This document shows positions 25,856-40,249 of a stretch of DNA of 63,972 nt, piece by piece. Position 1 is the first letter of the stretch. Each line of letters begins with the position of its first letter. Source of the DNA: Lama guanicoe (lineage: Eukaryota); assembly GCA_013239625.1 (NCBI GenBank), contig MU055263.1, positions 5,799,914 through 5,863,885 on the forward strand, read 5' to 3'. The notes beneath the pieces were generated by a model. The model was given only the letters and a program-made list of their open reading frames with translations. It made no database searches and was not told where the DNA came from. The translations under genes and the position numbers were made by a program.

Positions 25856-28304
25856 CTACGCAGGGTTGTAGGGTAAGCGCGACCATTTTAGAAAACAGTT
25901 TTTGGAAGCGATTGTACTAATTTACACTCCACCTGAAGGGGACAAATTTCCTGCTCTGTCATAAGTTTGTCAGCACTTGATGTTGTCAATCTTTTTAAGT
26001 TTAGATATTCTGCTGGGCGTGTTGTGTGTCCCTGGTGATCAGTGAGACTGAGCCTTTTCATATGTTTGTTGGCCACTTGGTTGTTTTCCTCTGTGAAGAC
26101 TCTTTAAAGAGACCCATTTTTAACTGGTTTGTGTATTCGCCCTTTTTGTACCCGTTAGTAGTGTTCTCCTGTATTCTGGACGAGCACTTTCAGATTTGGG
26201 GCCGAGAGTGTCTTCTCTCACTTTTTATTACCTGGATAAAGTCTTTTTATGAACTTAAATTCGTAATTTCGATCCAGTCTGACCTGTCCATCTTTTCCTC
26301 TGTGATTTCTGCTCCGAGTCCTGTTTCAGATACCTTGCCCTACCTCCGAATCCTGACGCTCCTCCGTAACAGCTTCTGAGAGCTTTACTGTCTTGCTGTT
26401 CACATGCAAATCTACAACACATCTGGAACGGATGCTGGATACAGTGTGAAGCAGAGGTGATGCTTCATTTCCCTCACGTCAGGATCCAACGAGTCCAGCA
26501 CGGCCTGTCCCAGATGCTCTGCAGCGCTACCTTTTTCACACAGTGAAGGTCCATGAACATGTGGGTCTGCCTTCTCAGCCCTCCGTTTTGGTCCACTGTC
26601 TATTTGTCTGTCCCTGTTCCCATACCACCCGACCAAGATGGCTTAGCTCCTGAGGCTCGGTAATGCATGTTTCCTGATACCTCGTACAGCAGATTCTCCC
26701 AGTGGTTCTTCCAAAGTGTCTTGGCTAATTTTAGTCCATTGTATTCTGGTACAAATCTTAGACTCCACTTGGAAATTAACATAACACAAATCTGTTGTGA
26801 TTTTTATTGGGATTGCAATGATTTATCAGTCACTTTGAGGCTTTCATCTTTACAGTTTTGAGGCTTTTAATCCTTGAGTAGAGTGTACATAATTTTCTTT
26901 AATTTCCCTCTATACTGTTTTATAATTTTCCATGTAGATACCTTGCACATTAAAAATTAAATTTAAATTAATTTTATTCCTAGATATTTGATGTTTATTT
27001 TTGCTAATATCTTTTTAAATTTTAATTTTCTAACTTTCACAGACATACATATATAATGTACTGTAAACAGAAATAGAATTGAGTTTTGTAATATTGACCT
27101 TGTGTATAGATTTTTGTTTATTTTATGTATATTATATTTTTGTGTCATTTGCAGATAAAGACAAATTTCCAATCAGTAATCAGTTTATTTCTTTTCCTTG
27201 ATTTATTTTACTGGTTAGAGTCTCCAAATGTGTGACATTGAAGTGGGTACATTGAATATTTTTGTCTCACTTCTATTCTTGAAGGCATTGACTCATTAGG
27301 TACAATGTTTTCTGTAGTCCTTTTGTAGGTTCCCTTTGGAAATTAAGGAAGATCCTCTCTCTTTGTAGCTTACTATATTAAATTATGAGAGAGTATTGAA
27401 ATTTCTGCATTTATTGAGATTCATATGGGTTTCTCTTTTATTTTGTTAATGTAAAGAACAATATTAATTGATTTAAAAATGGTAACCAATTTTGCATTCT
27501 TTGAATAACCTGGAGTTAGCTGTGATGCATTATCCTTTTTACATATTATTGTATTATTCTGTTTTTATTTTGTTTGGGATATTTGCGTCAATTGTCATCA
27601 ATAAGAAAAACTCACACATTTCTTTCCCTGTAGTGTATTTGGTAAAAAAAAATTTTTAATTTCGTTGGTAATCTTTTGGGCCTAGAGATTTTTTTATGGA
27701 AAATATTTAAACTATACACTTGATTTGTTAAATTATTATAGAACTACTTAGATTTTCTATTTCTTTTTGTGTCAGTTCTAGAAACTTATGTTTTTCTAAA
27801 CAAATGTATTGATTTGTACCTAAATTTTCAAATGTATTTGGATACTATTTTTCCTAATATCCTCTTGTGACATTTCCAATGTCTTTGTGATCCACACAGA
27901 CGTCACTTTGTTAATTCCCAATGTTATTTATTTTGTACCTTCTTTCTCTCTTTCCTTGATTGCCAGGGTTCAGTCAGTATTTTTATACATTTCAAATAAT
28001 AAGCTTAAGGCCTTGCAGATGTTTTACTCTGTGTTTGTTTTTCTGCTTTGTTAGTTGCTCTTACTTTTCTTTCCCCTGTTCTTTCTTTGGGTTTAATTTG
28101 CTGTTCTTTTTCTCAGCTTTGTAACTGAGCTTAACTCATTGATTTTTGACCTTTTTCTCTCTCTAAATATGTATTTTAAGTCTATAAAGGTTTGGCTCTA
28201 GCTGCACCCTAAAAGTTTTAGTACTGGCTCTTGTCATCACCATTTAGTTCAAAATAGTTTATAATTTTCATTGTAATTTCCTTATTGTCTCATGAGTTAC
28301 TTAT

Positions 28305-28500
28305 TCAAAATGCAGATAAACAAGACTGTGCTGTGTGGCACAGGAACATACATACAGGATCTTGTGGTGGCTCACAGCGAAAGAGAATGTGACAATGGAT
28401 GTATGTATGTTCATGTATAACTGAAAAATTGTGCTTTACAGTGGAATTTGACACAACATTGTAAAATGACTATAACTCAATAAAAAAGTTAAAAAAAAAT
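28305..28500 (+). mobile_element. Camelid-type L1 3' end
   Basis: Highly similar to 5450-5640 and ends in an A-tail. Confidence 0.8.
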
Positions 28501-31199
28501 AAAGTATATTTAAAAAATTCCAAATGTGTGAGGATTTTTATTTTATCTTTGTATTATTTATTTTTAGCTTAGTTCCATTGTGGTGACATAATATGTTCTG
28601 TATGATTGCAGTTTTTGAAATTTGTGACTTGTTTTATGACCCAGAAAGTGTTAAAAAAAAAAAAAGTGTAACTGTAGGCGTTTGGTGCAGTATTTCACAT
28701 GTTTCATACATTAACTAAGTCATTGCTGCTTTGTTGTTAAAGCTTCTCTAGGCTTATTAATATTTTTATCCCATTGCTCTAGTTAATGAAAGAGGCTTGG
28801 TAAAATTTCCCACTATGCATATGGATTTATGCATTTTTCCTTGACATTTATCAATTTTTGCACCATATCATTTGAGACTATATTATTATTATAGATGCAT
28901 ATGATTACAATTTCTTGGTGAATTGAAATTTTTACCATTAAAAGGCTTTCTCTAACTACAGAAACCCCAGGGAAGACCAATGAGAAAACCGCTGAATGGG
29001 AGGGGCCCCACGCTTCACTTCTGTGGACTGTCCCTTAGTTACTTAACCAAGTGACGTGCTTATGACACGCTCAGATATGTGTATTTTAACTGTACGGATA
29101 TGTCTGAGTTATTTCTATTCTACTTGTAGTTCAAGTCCTGGCAAAATTGCCATTTCCACCGTGACACCATTTTTGACATCTCAAGGTGAGACAGTTGCTT
29201 CCTCTTTAGAACCTTCATATTTGTATGGCTGCAAAATGGCACCGCAGCATTCTGTCTTCACTGGTTCTATGCTACTTCCATTTGCAGTTTAAGCTATTGA
29301 GAAGAAGAGATCACGTCCCACCAAAATACACATGCTCTGAAACATCTAACACCGTATTTCGAATGTAAAATGAGCTTAATATATATCTGCAAGGTAAGTA
29401 GAGGGATGAATGAACAAACAAGTATGCTGCATTGCAGTGAAAGGAGTGCTTTTTGAAATAAGATCGAGGTTAATGGGCCATCTCTACATCGGGCAAATGT
29501 TTTAAATGTTTTCTCAGTGTCGTCATTTGTAATATCGGAATAAATGCTTACCTCAAGGTGTTTTGAAGCTTAACAACATAGTCTATCTTCATGTGCACTC
29601 TAGGACCTTACACAAATATAAGGTGGCCATTTAAATTTTAAAAGCATGGGAAGGAGAAAATATATGCCTGTAAAGGCATAAAATATCTTCAGAAGAACAC
29701 AGAAGAAACTCTAGACAGGGGAACTGGATGGTGAGGAGACAGGATAGGAATTTGACTTTTAACATTACATACCCATTTGAATTTGAGTCCATGCGAATAT
29801 TTCAACTATTAAAAATAAAACAAATGGAATTTAAGAAAAATATAATGTGTTGTTATTTCATTTTGTGTCAGAGAACTTGGCTCAACAACAACAACAACAA
29901 AAAAGCCCGCTTTGTGCTGATAATAATCAAGCTTGAGGTCATTCATTATCTAAACAATCAACTTTATAGATAGAGATGTAAAGAACTTGTGAATTAATTA
30001 ATTTGCTTTTATTATTTATTAGAGAGTTCTTAATCTGGTTCAGAGGCTGGAACATATATTGATTATTTTAAAAATTCGTTATGTAGTTTAGGTTTGTTAG
30101 ATTATCACATAGCTAGATTCGGAAAGGTCAAAAAGCTAGAGATTTGTGGAATGTGAGGCTTCCTGTCATTTATTATAATTTAGAAATGTTTCCTGTACAC
30201 TGAGCTACAGAAACACTCTTTTAGGACATCGAGCAGGGAAGGCTACTCGCATATCCTTGGTGATGATACTGTCCTCCCGGGCTGACCTGATGGCACTGGC
30301 AGGGACACACGAGACCCAGTGAGGGGGGATGGGGCCCTGCACCACCTGAGTCAGCCGTCCACCTGGGTGATAGAGGGGATGGCACATGCGGCAGGCTGAC
30401 GGCCTTTACCTCCAGAATTTCTGTGGAGGCTTTCCGAGTCAACTTTTCAGGCATTTAAAATATTTCTTGATATCCAGGAACATTTCCTAGCCTTTAGCTT
30501 TGTCTGTGTTCTGGCCCCCGTCAGCTGCACCAGGCGACCAGGAATCTTAAATCCAATCTACGGAAACTCTGTTCTCTTTGAGCAGCTCTTGCTGAACCTC
30601 AGTGGAGGAGGGGAGTGAAGCTAAAGCCTCACCTGAGGATGGAGCTCTGCTCTGGAGCTCATTCATTTATGTCTCCCAGGTTGGCAGGGAAAAAAATGAC
30701 TTCACTCTGTCTCCAGCTATTGTAAAGTGATTTCTGATTTTCTGAAAAAAAAGTTCTTCTCCTCCTTTTCAAACTCTCCAGCTTCACTAAATTCAGTTTA
30801 TGGTGTTTTAAACTAAATAAAATGAAACAGACTTTGGGAGGATATTTTCTGTTCACAGTTTGTTTAGGTTTTCCAGTTTCTTAGCCATATCTTTCAAAAG
30901 ACTCAGGATTTTTTTAATATTTCAAAAAGCCTCAGGGTTTTTATCTTTTAAAAGCTTTTATAATTCTCTTGAGAGGCACATGAGGTGTCTTCCCAGGCCC
31001 TGCAATTTCCAAATCTGAGTATCAGAGATGAGTCACTGCTGGAATTATATTAACAAATTTTATAGTCACCACTAAGCTGAAAGTAATATGAGAACTTGTT
31101 TAGTTTCAACTTGATTATAAAACTGAGCAAATCATTGTACAATCATGATTTTTGGTTCTGCTGCTTAATGTAAAATATCATATAAACCAATTTTCTAGG

Positions 31200-31830
31200 T
31201 GTTTCAGTTCCATCTGTTTATGATTTAAGGTGGTTTGTTACAGAGCAACGGGGAACGGCAACAACAGGCAATAACACCTGTTCATTTGCTCGTGATTCTG
31301 CGGTCTGCGGTGGCTCAGCAGGGAGGTACTGTCTCTGGACCAGCTTCACTCACACGCCCGATGCCTCACCTGGAGTGGCCGGGCCACCTGGGACTGGTCT
31401 TCCCTCTTTTCTTGCAAACCCTTATTATCCAGGGCTTCTCTCTCTGTACAAGCTATCGTCTATCTGTCTGTTGTCTGCCCGTCCAGCATCTATCAGTCAT
31501 TGTCTGTGTATCTGTCTGCTCATCCACCCACCCACCCGCTCACCCACGCACCCCTCCACCCACTCAAGTGGCTTCTCTCTTTAACATGGTGGTTGAACTT
31601 CCTTACGTGGCTGCTACCTTCCAAGAGAATTAAAACAGGACTCACCCTATTTCTGAAGGCTAGGCCTTGAACCGTGAAAACGTCACTTCTGCCGTATGCT
31701 TGTTAACAAAACAACTCACAAGGACACTCCAGATTCAAAGTCGGGGGAAGGGACTCCACTCTTCAGGGTGAAGTGTCATGATACACAGAGGTGAGAGGAA
31801 GATGGCCTTCTTTGGAAACAATTATCACCT
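31200..31830 (-). mobile_element. MLT1-type LTR remnant with internal simple repeats
   Basis: cgtcacttctgccgtat...ccagattcaaagtcggggaagggactccactctt is MLT1-like. Confidence 0.5.
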
Positions 31831-34059
31831 CAAGACAGCCAGACCAGTCTATTAAAATATCTCTTTGATGAGCCCCTTTGCTCTTAAAAAAGAATCAATT
31901 CATTTCCCGAAAATGTGTCCTTTTGTGGAATCTGACCAAAAGGTCTTTACCTGATTATCATCAATATGCACAGGTTTTTGCACTTCTCACCTAACAGATT
32001 AGATGCTTAAGTTTGCCTTCCTTACTACATTTTTTGGTAACAACTATGTAGGCTTTTATGAACACCACACACACACTCACACAAACATACACACACACAA
32101 ACACACGCACAAAAACGATTTCTGCGATGAGACAGAATCAGGTTTTAATCCCAAGTTTTATCACACATTAACGGTACGACTTTGGGCAAGCTCCTAAACT
32201 CTAAGATTTTCAGCTTCCTCATGTGAAAATTGGATTGATAGAAATATTTATTTTATGGCATGGTTCTCAGGTTTGAATGAGACGGGCAATATCTGATAAG
32301 CCTTTGATCATTATTAACTATTATCATAGCTTCTTTTATAATTTCAGGGTCATTTATAAAATTGTTTATTTTCACGCTTATTTTTCAAGGCTCCCTGTAG
32401 TTTGAGACACCAGGCGCATGGTGGTGCCATTACTGAGGTGGGAAAGACTGAGACAAGAGTGTGTTGAGATAAGTAACCTCTGGGTAAGAAATTATCCCAG
32501 AGGCTATTAAGGTGATACATGAGCATATAGTTAGTTGTGTGCATATGTTTACATACACACGCATGCGTTTACATGTATACAGACACACAGCAAGACACGC
32601 AGACTCAGAATGGGGTTGGCGGAGGAAGGGGAGGAGCAAGAGAGAGAGAGAGAGAGAATAATTTTGGAAACAATTATCTCAACTGATGATGGACGACCAA
32701 GGGCTATTCATCACTCTGCTCTCAAAGGCAGAGATTTTGCCGTATTCATCTTTCTAGTCTCCATAACACATACCACCATCCATCACCTCCATGTGATAAA
32801 GTGTTCATACAATTCATGTAATCTTCTACTGAACTGTATGAATACATTCCTTGTAGAGTTGGCCTGAGAAATAACCTGGCAACAATTTTCAGAGCTCCTT
32901 AATATTCCACAGATCCAGTTATACCCAGGTCACATCACGCCTCTCACTTGCTGAGTGGGTTGAATGCCTTCTCTGCTTTCTCGATACGGCAGCAGAGCGG
33001 GGAAGGACTTAAAACGTGGGTGTTCTCCTTGTCTTCTAAAGCCAGTAACTTCTGTTAGAATTTGAGCAAACAAATATATTTTGTTATTTATTAACATTCA
33101 ATGCTAATTAGCACTTATAATTCATAAATCATTTTCATAGTCATTACAGAACTTGATAAATACAAACCCTTGGAGTATCATTATTATGCCCATATGACAG
33201 GTAAGGAAACATGCTCAGAGTTTAAGCATGAGCCAGTATGTGTCAGAGCTGGGACTCAAACACGTGTCTTCTAACTCCAGAATCTACACAATAATAAAAT
33301 TTTGATAGGAGAAGCGTCTTTGGGAATGTATATGAATTTAAATTTTTCCTGGTTCCTATACCATGAGTAATTTGGAAGGACTACATATTTCAAAATTTCT
33401 AATTTGGTTTTTGGTAACATATTTAAAAAATGCACCATCTGTGATTCTCCAGCAACTTTTCGTGGCAGATCTGTAGTTTATTTTACACACACAGGTTATT
33501 AATTCATAATTAAAATGAACACAATGCTAGTCAAAGAAATTCACCAAAACGATGATAAATCTATCATTAAAAATGATTCTAAGAATCTGTTCTTTCGGCT
33601 AGTTATGAATAAGATTTTTGAAATTAAAATCACTCCAATTATAGCACACGGTTACTCGTTTTCGTTTTTCCATCCCACAGCGGGTTCAGGACCTGACTGA
33701 ACTTCATTCCTGGCAAATTGCTTCTTCCCTAGCAATGAAAGGCTGTGACATGAAATTGTGGTTTCAGTACCAGCTAATGGACTGGCGGCTGCTTTCAGTG
33801 CTGCTACTGGTGATCTGAGCGTTTGCTAGGGTTGCCTTTTGAACAGCTTCTGACTGAAGACGCTTCTGTTACTAACAATAGCAAACCCATGAGCCTGCAG
33901 CCTGTGCCAAGCATTACAGAATTATATTTCACAGAGGTATTTAGTTCCAGACCTGTTATAATAGTCCTGTCTAAATGTTCAAGAAGAGAGCTAAATTAGA
34001 TGGCACAAGTAGTCATTGCTCAAGGGATGCTGAAACACTCCAGCCTTTTGTATGTTCCT

Positions 34060-34660
34060 GCCAGCTTGCAGAACACTTTCTTAGACTTATCTAATCCTCG
34101 AGATGGCTTCAGGTGCAGGTGTTATAACTGAGATCTTACGGGAGAGGAAGTGACGTTTAGAGAGGTTAAGGTCCCCTTGGTGCTGGCAGAGTAGGGTCCT
34201 GGGGCATCGTGGTAAGAGCAGGGTGTCAGAGAGACTCAGAGACACTCAGGTTCCACCATCTTTGCCGTTTCCTAGCTCTGTGACCTTGAGCAGTTTCCTT
34301 GAAAACATCTGTGTCCGCTTCCTCATCTGCCTTGGGCTGCTGCCAGGACTGAGTGGGCACTGGGTATGGAGGTGTCTGACCCCTGAAAGGTGTGTGCTAG
34401 TTACACCATCCAACCTTTGGGGAGGAGAAGGGAGATGGCTCAGTGCTGCGGACTGCAGCGTTTCGTGTCAGACAGGACTGGCTCCAACCAGCACGTGCTG
34501 CTTGGACTTGCGTGTGTTACTTGAACTCTCTGGGTCTCTGTCTCCTCTGTTGTGAAATGTGTGTCGTAGTGTGACCTTGGGGAGCTGCGAGCACCGACCG
34601 ACGTGACAGAGGCGAAGTGCGGAGCACGGCACAGGCCCTCCCCGAGGCACTGGGTGTGCA
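34060..34660. mobile_element. Cluster of MIR fragments (the last is strongly GC-shifted)
   Basis: agaggttaag, ctagctctgtgaccttgagcagttt and ttcctcatctg are MIR motifs. Confidence 0.6.
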
Positions 34661-35406
34661 TCAGGGCTCCTCTCTCTGGCTCCCGGCCTGGCGCTGCTGT
34701 CGGACAGCGCCGGCTCCCTAGAGAGCACCGACGGGTGTGGTCCAGCCCGAAAGCGCTGTGACGGGCTTGCAGGGCTCTTCAAGGGTGAGGTCTGAGGCCG
34801 GAGGGGAGAACCCACTTACCCAGGTCACAGAGCTAATGGCAGAGGTGGACGTGGAGCCCAGTTCTGATTTGAGCTCCAGCAGTCTTTTCTTTTTCTTTTT
34901 CTTTTTCACAATGTTACAATAACCTCATGATCGCATTATTCGTGCCTCTCTTGCCTTGTGAAAGTGACTTTTATTAAGAATCATTAGTATGTGTAAATAG
35001 CATTGCTAAAGCAGTTGAACCAGACCTGCACTTCTCCACTTCACAAGCAGCCAGCTATAGGACTTCAAGCACAGAAAGCTTTCCTTTCATGTCGTGAGCT
35101 GTTCTCCGTAACAGAACCGCGGAGGTTACTTGGTCACTGTGCCTGGTGTTTAAAGCTGTGCTCCCTTGGAATCCAGTCGCACACTTTCAGCGTCTACTCA
35201 CTTGACTTCAAATTTGCTGTTGCTATTGCTCCAGAGACGTGTGTGTCCACTAGAAGACGTGTGAAAGAACCCAGCGCAGAGGCGCCAGGAAGCCCAGATT
35301 CTGGTTCCACGTTTGGCGCTAACTGGCTGTTAAACCTGGTTGGAAACGAATTTACTGCCTCTCTGGTGCCTCTGGAGATCCTGAAGTGAGTCTGGGATAT
35401 TTTCCA

Positions 35407-35866
35407 CGGTGGCGCTGTCTTACTGCTGCTGTGACAGACTACCACACGCCTAGTGGCTGTAAACAACATGGATTCATTTCCTGCTAGTTCTGGGGGTCAG
35501 AAATTGGAAATGGGTGCTATGTGGCTAAAATCAAGAAGCTCGTTCCTTCTGAGGCACAGGAGGCTCCGTTTCCTTGCCCTTCTCAGCTTCTCGAGGCTGC
35601 CTGCAACCCTGGGCTCCAGGCCCCTCCCCTCCGTCTCCTGCTTCCATGAGCACATGCCCTGCTCCTCTTTCTGACTCCTTCGATGTCCTTCTTATAAGGC
35701 CCTTGTGGTTTTATTGGGCCCAGTGGCATACTCTGGGACAATCTTCCCACGTCAAAACCCTTGGCTGGGTCGTGTCTGTAGTCTCCGTTGCCACATGAGG
35801 AAGCATTTGGAGGTTTCAGAGATTAGGGTGTGGACACACTGAGGGGGCAGCATACCCAGCCCACCA
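35407..35866 (-). mobile_element. MLT1-type solo LTR
   Basis: ctgctgtgacagactaccaca...agttctgggggtcagaa...tcttataaggcccttgtgg...gattagggtgtggaca. Confidence 0.7.
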
Positions 35867-36379
35867 TGGTGACCCAAGTGGTCACACAGCAGAGGCCTGG
35901 GGGTGGAGGAGGAAAGAATGAACCTGCTTTTAATAACTTCTTTCATTTCCTAACACTGTGAGCAGCAGCAGAAGACGCAGCGCGGGAGCCTCGGAGCCCT
36001 GCAGACCCAGACCCCCTGCCGCTCGCCGACTGTGGGGCCTCGGCAAGCAGCACGGCCTCTCTGAGGCTCTGCTTCCTCCCCTGCAAAATGGCAATGACAG
36101 CACGGACTCTTTTAAACGTGAGGATTCAATGAGATAATGCACAGAATGTCGAGTTACCAGACAATGACGAGTATAGGTCCAGACCTCAGCAGACGAGGCT
36201 GTCAGCACTGCCACAGCCCAGGCCTTGCTTCTAATTCAGTCAGTATTTTTTCCTTTTTAAGTCTGGACCTCGGGTGCAGGGCTGAGATCGCTATAATCCT
36301 CAGTGCTCGTCTGGGCAAGGGATCATTCTGTTTAATTTTCATGTAATTAGATTTCAATAGTCTTGTCCTTCTTCCCCTG

Positions 36380-37700
36380 GTCCCCACCCCCATTTTCTCC
36401 ACCACCTCCTCAACAAACCCTCTCTAACATGCTTGATGTGTGTCTTCGGATTTGTACGTATTCTTTTAAAACATTCACTATGGTGTAATACCTGTGTGCT
36501 TTAAATTAAATGTTATGTATTGTACTGTAGAGTGTGTCTACTTCTTTTTTTTTCCGCTCACCGCCACACTGCTCAGGGCTTCTCCCTCCCAGCCCGTGTT
36601 GCTTAGCTACTTTGGGGTGATGGGCATCTGCCCCTACTACAGATGAGTATCCGTTTCTATGCATCTTTACAGACTTGTGCAAAAGGTTCTCCAGGTTACG
36701 CACATGCTAGTAGGAAGCAGGGTCGTGAGGGAAGTCCTGACAGACTGCGCTGAGCACTACTGGCATCAAGCGTAGGTTTGTATACTTGCTGGTTCTCAGG
36801 TTTCTCCATTCTGTGGATACATATTACATATGTGTACATATAATTTACATGGATATTCATTCGTTGCTCATTTCTTTCTTGGCCTCACTAGCTTTTTGTT
36901 GTTGTTCTTTCTTAATTCACTGGTGTTCCCTGAATGTTCTAGATGCCACTTCTTTGTTGGGGCTAGACAGTTCAAATTTCTTGCCCCATTCTTCATCCTT
37001 TTATTAACTCTGTCTGTGATATATGTTCTAGATATACTCAGGTGCAGATATCATGCCAGTTACAAGTGCTGTGACTAACTGTGCCAGATCACCTGGATCT
37101 TAAGATTGGGAGTGTTTCTTTGAGGAAAAGAAACTCAACTATTTTCCCCTGTGTGATGTATGATTTGGGGGCCTCGTTAAAAATTTCTTCCCCACTCCAA
37201 GAGAACAAAGATGCTCGCCTGTATTTTCTTCAACTAGCTTTATATAGTCCTTCAGACTTTCAGTTCCATGAAGCTTCTGTGCTCACTTTTGTGTGTGGTG
37301 TGAGGCAGAGGTCCAGCTTAATGGTTTCCCACGTCAGGACCGGTTTTCCTTGTGCCATCTCATGCACGACACATCCTTTCTCCACTTGTCTGTGGTGCTG
37401 TGTCCATCATATGGCAAGTTTCCAGATGTACATGGACCTATTTCTGAACTCAGTATTTAACTCCAAGGTCTATTTGTCTGTCTGTCCCTCCATGAATATC
37501 ATGTGTTTTTAAAAAATTCCTGTGGATAGATAGCGTGTCAATTTCTGATGGGCAGAGTCCGCCCCTTCTCTGTACAAGAACGGTTTTTGGTATTCATGAA
37601 CTCTTGTTCTCCCACGTCCTAAATGTGCTGAAGTCCTCTAAAATTTCTCTTATCATTTTGATTGGGATTTAATGGAAATGACACGTGTAATCTTTGATTT
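36380..37700 (-). mobile_element. Old L1 remnant
   Basis: T-rich; tttgtgtgtggtgtgagg and ttttgattgggatt are L1 ORF2 antisense strings. Confidence 0.5.
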
Positions 37701-39269
37701 TTGGCACTAGGTAAGTTGTGAAGAGTCATGGCTATAAATACTACAGAGTTATTTCTAGCTTTTGCTACAAGTTATGGAGGGATAAATATTGCATTTATGC
37801 ATAGGGACTGGGAAGTATCTTTGAAATATAAACAGTGACCTTTTGCTTAACTTGCAATTACAGCAAAAGGTGCAGTGCTGCAAGAATGTTTCTACAGCCA
37901 GAAGATTGTAGCATTTGAATACCACTTTATGAAGCCTCTATGTGTGCAGACACAATCGCAGACAAAGTTCCCAACAGAAGAGACTCTGTGGCCACTGACT
38001 GTTTCTGCATAATGTGCACCTTGTGGGCTGTCAAGCTCATTCTGAGGCATTTTTAGTCCAAAGCCTGACTTCTGGAGCAAGAGGTTAAATGAGCACTTTT
38101 TGGGTGGTATATGTACAGTTATCTATGTAGTTATCTCACTCTGGAAGCATGGTTATCTAAATGTTACCATGGCACATTTGTTCTCCGACTATCTCACAGA
38201 AGCAGGTCTCTTTCTCTAGAAACAAATATTCTGAAACATGTGACCACTGGAGAGGTGCTGGCCAGAAACATTCTGCTCTATTCTGAATAGAGTTTGCCTG
38301 GCATAAGATTCTGCAGTGGCCCGTCTGCCTTCGGTACCCGTCTCATGCCTAGACCTGTGTCCGTTTCCCACTTAGGTGCTCACTCTCCCACTCCTAGTAG
38401 TCCTGGTCTTTCCTGCCCTAGTCAGCTGGCTCTCAGGAAGTAATCTGAAACCCATCCAGATCAAGGTGCAAATGGCCCCCAGACCTAATGGCCTGCTCTC
38501 CCGTCATCCTGCATAAGAACAGAAACCTCAGTCTCAAAATAATGATATGGATCTGCAAGGTATGCAGCCCCCCAAGCCCCCGGACGCATAACTCACATTC
38601 CATTTATGCACAATCTCAGCTTTAGAACTAAGGAAAGGATTCTAGCAAAGACAAAAAACCTAGACTGGCTGTTAATTTTTTTGAATGTACAGTCACCAGG
38701 TGACCTGCAGCGACTATGAAACTCCACGTAACTGCTGCCCCACTCCTCCAGCCCCAAAGGGTGACGTTCACTGTGAGTCTCTCTGTGAATGGATGGTGCG
38801 AAGGTCACCTCTCTCCACTCGCCTCTCCTCTGGGCTTTCTGCAGGAGAGTGGGGGGCGTCGAGCACGACCAACCTGAGCACAGCGTGGCCTTACCAGCTC
38901 AAAGCCCACCCGAGACACGGGACACCAAGGGCCGTGTCCTTGGATTTGTCCTGGACAATTACAGCTGCCTGTAAAAGCGCCCCGCCTGGAAGGAACCTAG
39001 TACTCACCAAGGAAACACAGTCTTCGCCAGCCTTTCTGAAAAGGAGCCAGGCACAGAAGAGGCTCCTTCCAGCTAATCGGCAAATGCAGAAGAAATATCA
39101 CTTGAGTATTATGGCAGTTCAACTGTAAGGAATCTGATGGGTTGTTTCTGGTTGAATTTTACTTAAAAAGTGATCCAACTTAACCTCTGAAAAAAGGCTT
39201 AGGTCAACAGTTAGTCAGCACCTGGTCTCTGCCAAATGTGGACTGAATTTTCCAAAGCTGAGCTGGGGT

Positions 39270-39570
39270 TGGAAAGAGCCAATGGGAAAAAGGAAGTCGG
39301 GGTCACGCTGAGTTCAGCTCAGGATTTGGGGCGGGCTTTCCCAGATACTGCCCTTCTGGCGGCCCATGGATTAATCAGGGCAAAATGATTAACAAAACTG
39401 TTCGTGTACTGGGGACACAGTCAGCCATTTCAAATATGCCCGGACTGACAAGAATGCATTTCTCAACCCTGGGTCAAGAGGAAACTGATCACATTTCACA
39501 GCAGATTCTGGACGTGCACTGCTTGCTCATGATGAAAGTCCCAGAACGTTAACTGTGGAGCTGAGTAACT
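39270..39570. promoter_or_regulatory. Candidate promoter/enhancer motif cluster
   Basis: NF-Y box AGCCAATGGG 39277-39286, ETS AGGAAGT 39291-39297, GC box GGGGCGGG 39328-39335 overlapping kappaB GGGCTTTCCC 39333-39342, AGAGGAAACTGA ~39477-39488, and kappaB-like GAAAGTCCC ~39534-39542. Confidence 0.45.
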
Positions 39571-40249
39571 CCCGCTCTGTCCCTTCCTAGCTACCTGGAA
39601 ATCCTTAAAGACAGAGACAATGGCTCACTTGTTTCAGCTCCCTAGCACGCAGCACAAAGCCCAGCACATAGTAAATGCTTAATTAGTGTCTGCTAAGTGA
39701 GGCACGCGGTAACGTCCGCAGGCTAATGCAGAGGAGCAGCCTCATAATCTGGCTGTGCTGTGACAGGCCCTTCAGTGTGGCAGGCTGTGCAGCTGTAAGC
39801 TCACTGGGGGGAAAACACCTTCTAACTTATAGCCCATCACTTCTGTGCTTAGAAACCAGAGAGGGCACAACACTTAAAGCCATGGATCTGTTTATAGGTC
39901 TGTTTGCCTTGTTTGCGTATCAGACAAGGTAGCTACCACCTAGCACTGGATTCAAAGGAATGTCATTATTTAGCAAGGGCAGAAGGGGTGCCTGGGACCT
40001 AAGGGCAAAGAAACGAGAAGGGAGTGCTCTAAAGGAAAAAGGGATTAGAGTGCTCGAGAGGTCAGAGAGACAGTTCTGCCCCAGCGGATGCTGGGACTTC
40101 GGGCCTGCTAGACTAGGACAGTGGGCAGATTTCCTGGATTTATGGCCGTCCCGAAAGCAGCAAGTAAACGATCTTGCTTTTAATCAAACTTCAGTAACAT
40201 GCAGGCTGCTTTCCAGTACCTCACCCACATCAAGCAAGAGGAAGAGTAC

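Larger units (their letters stand above)
24380..28950 (-). mobile_element. Old antisense L1 (3' end and ORF2 remnants) interrupted by MER45 and a younger L1 3' end
   Basis: L1 strings (tttcgctcaacattgtatttgtgaga, tgttggccactt, ttttattgggattgca, ttccattgtggt). Boundaries approximate. Confidence 0.7.
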
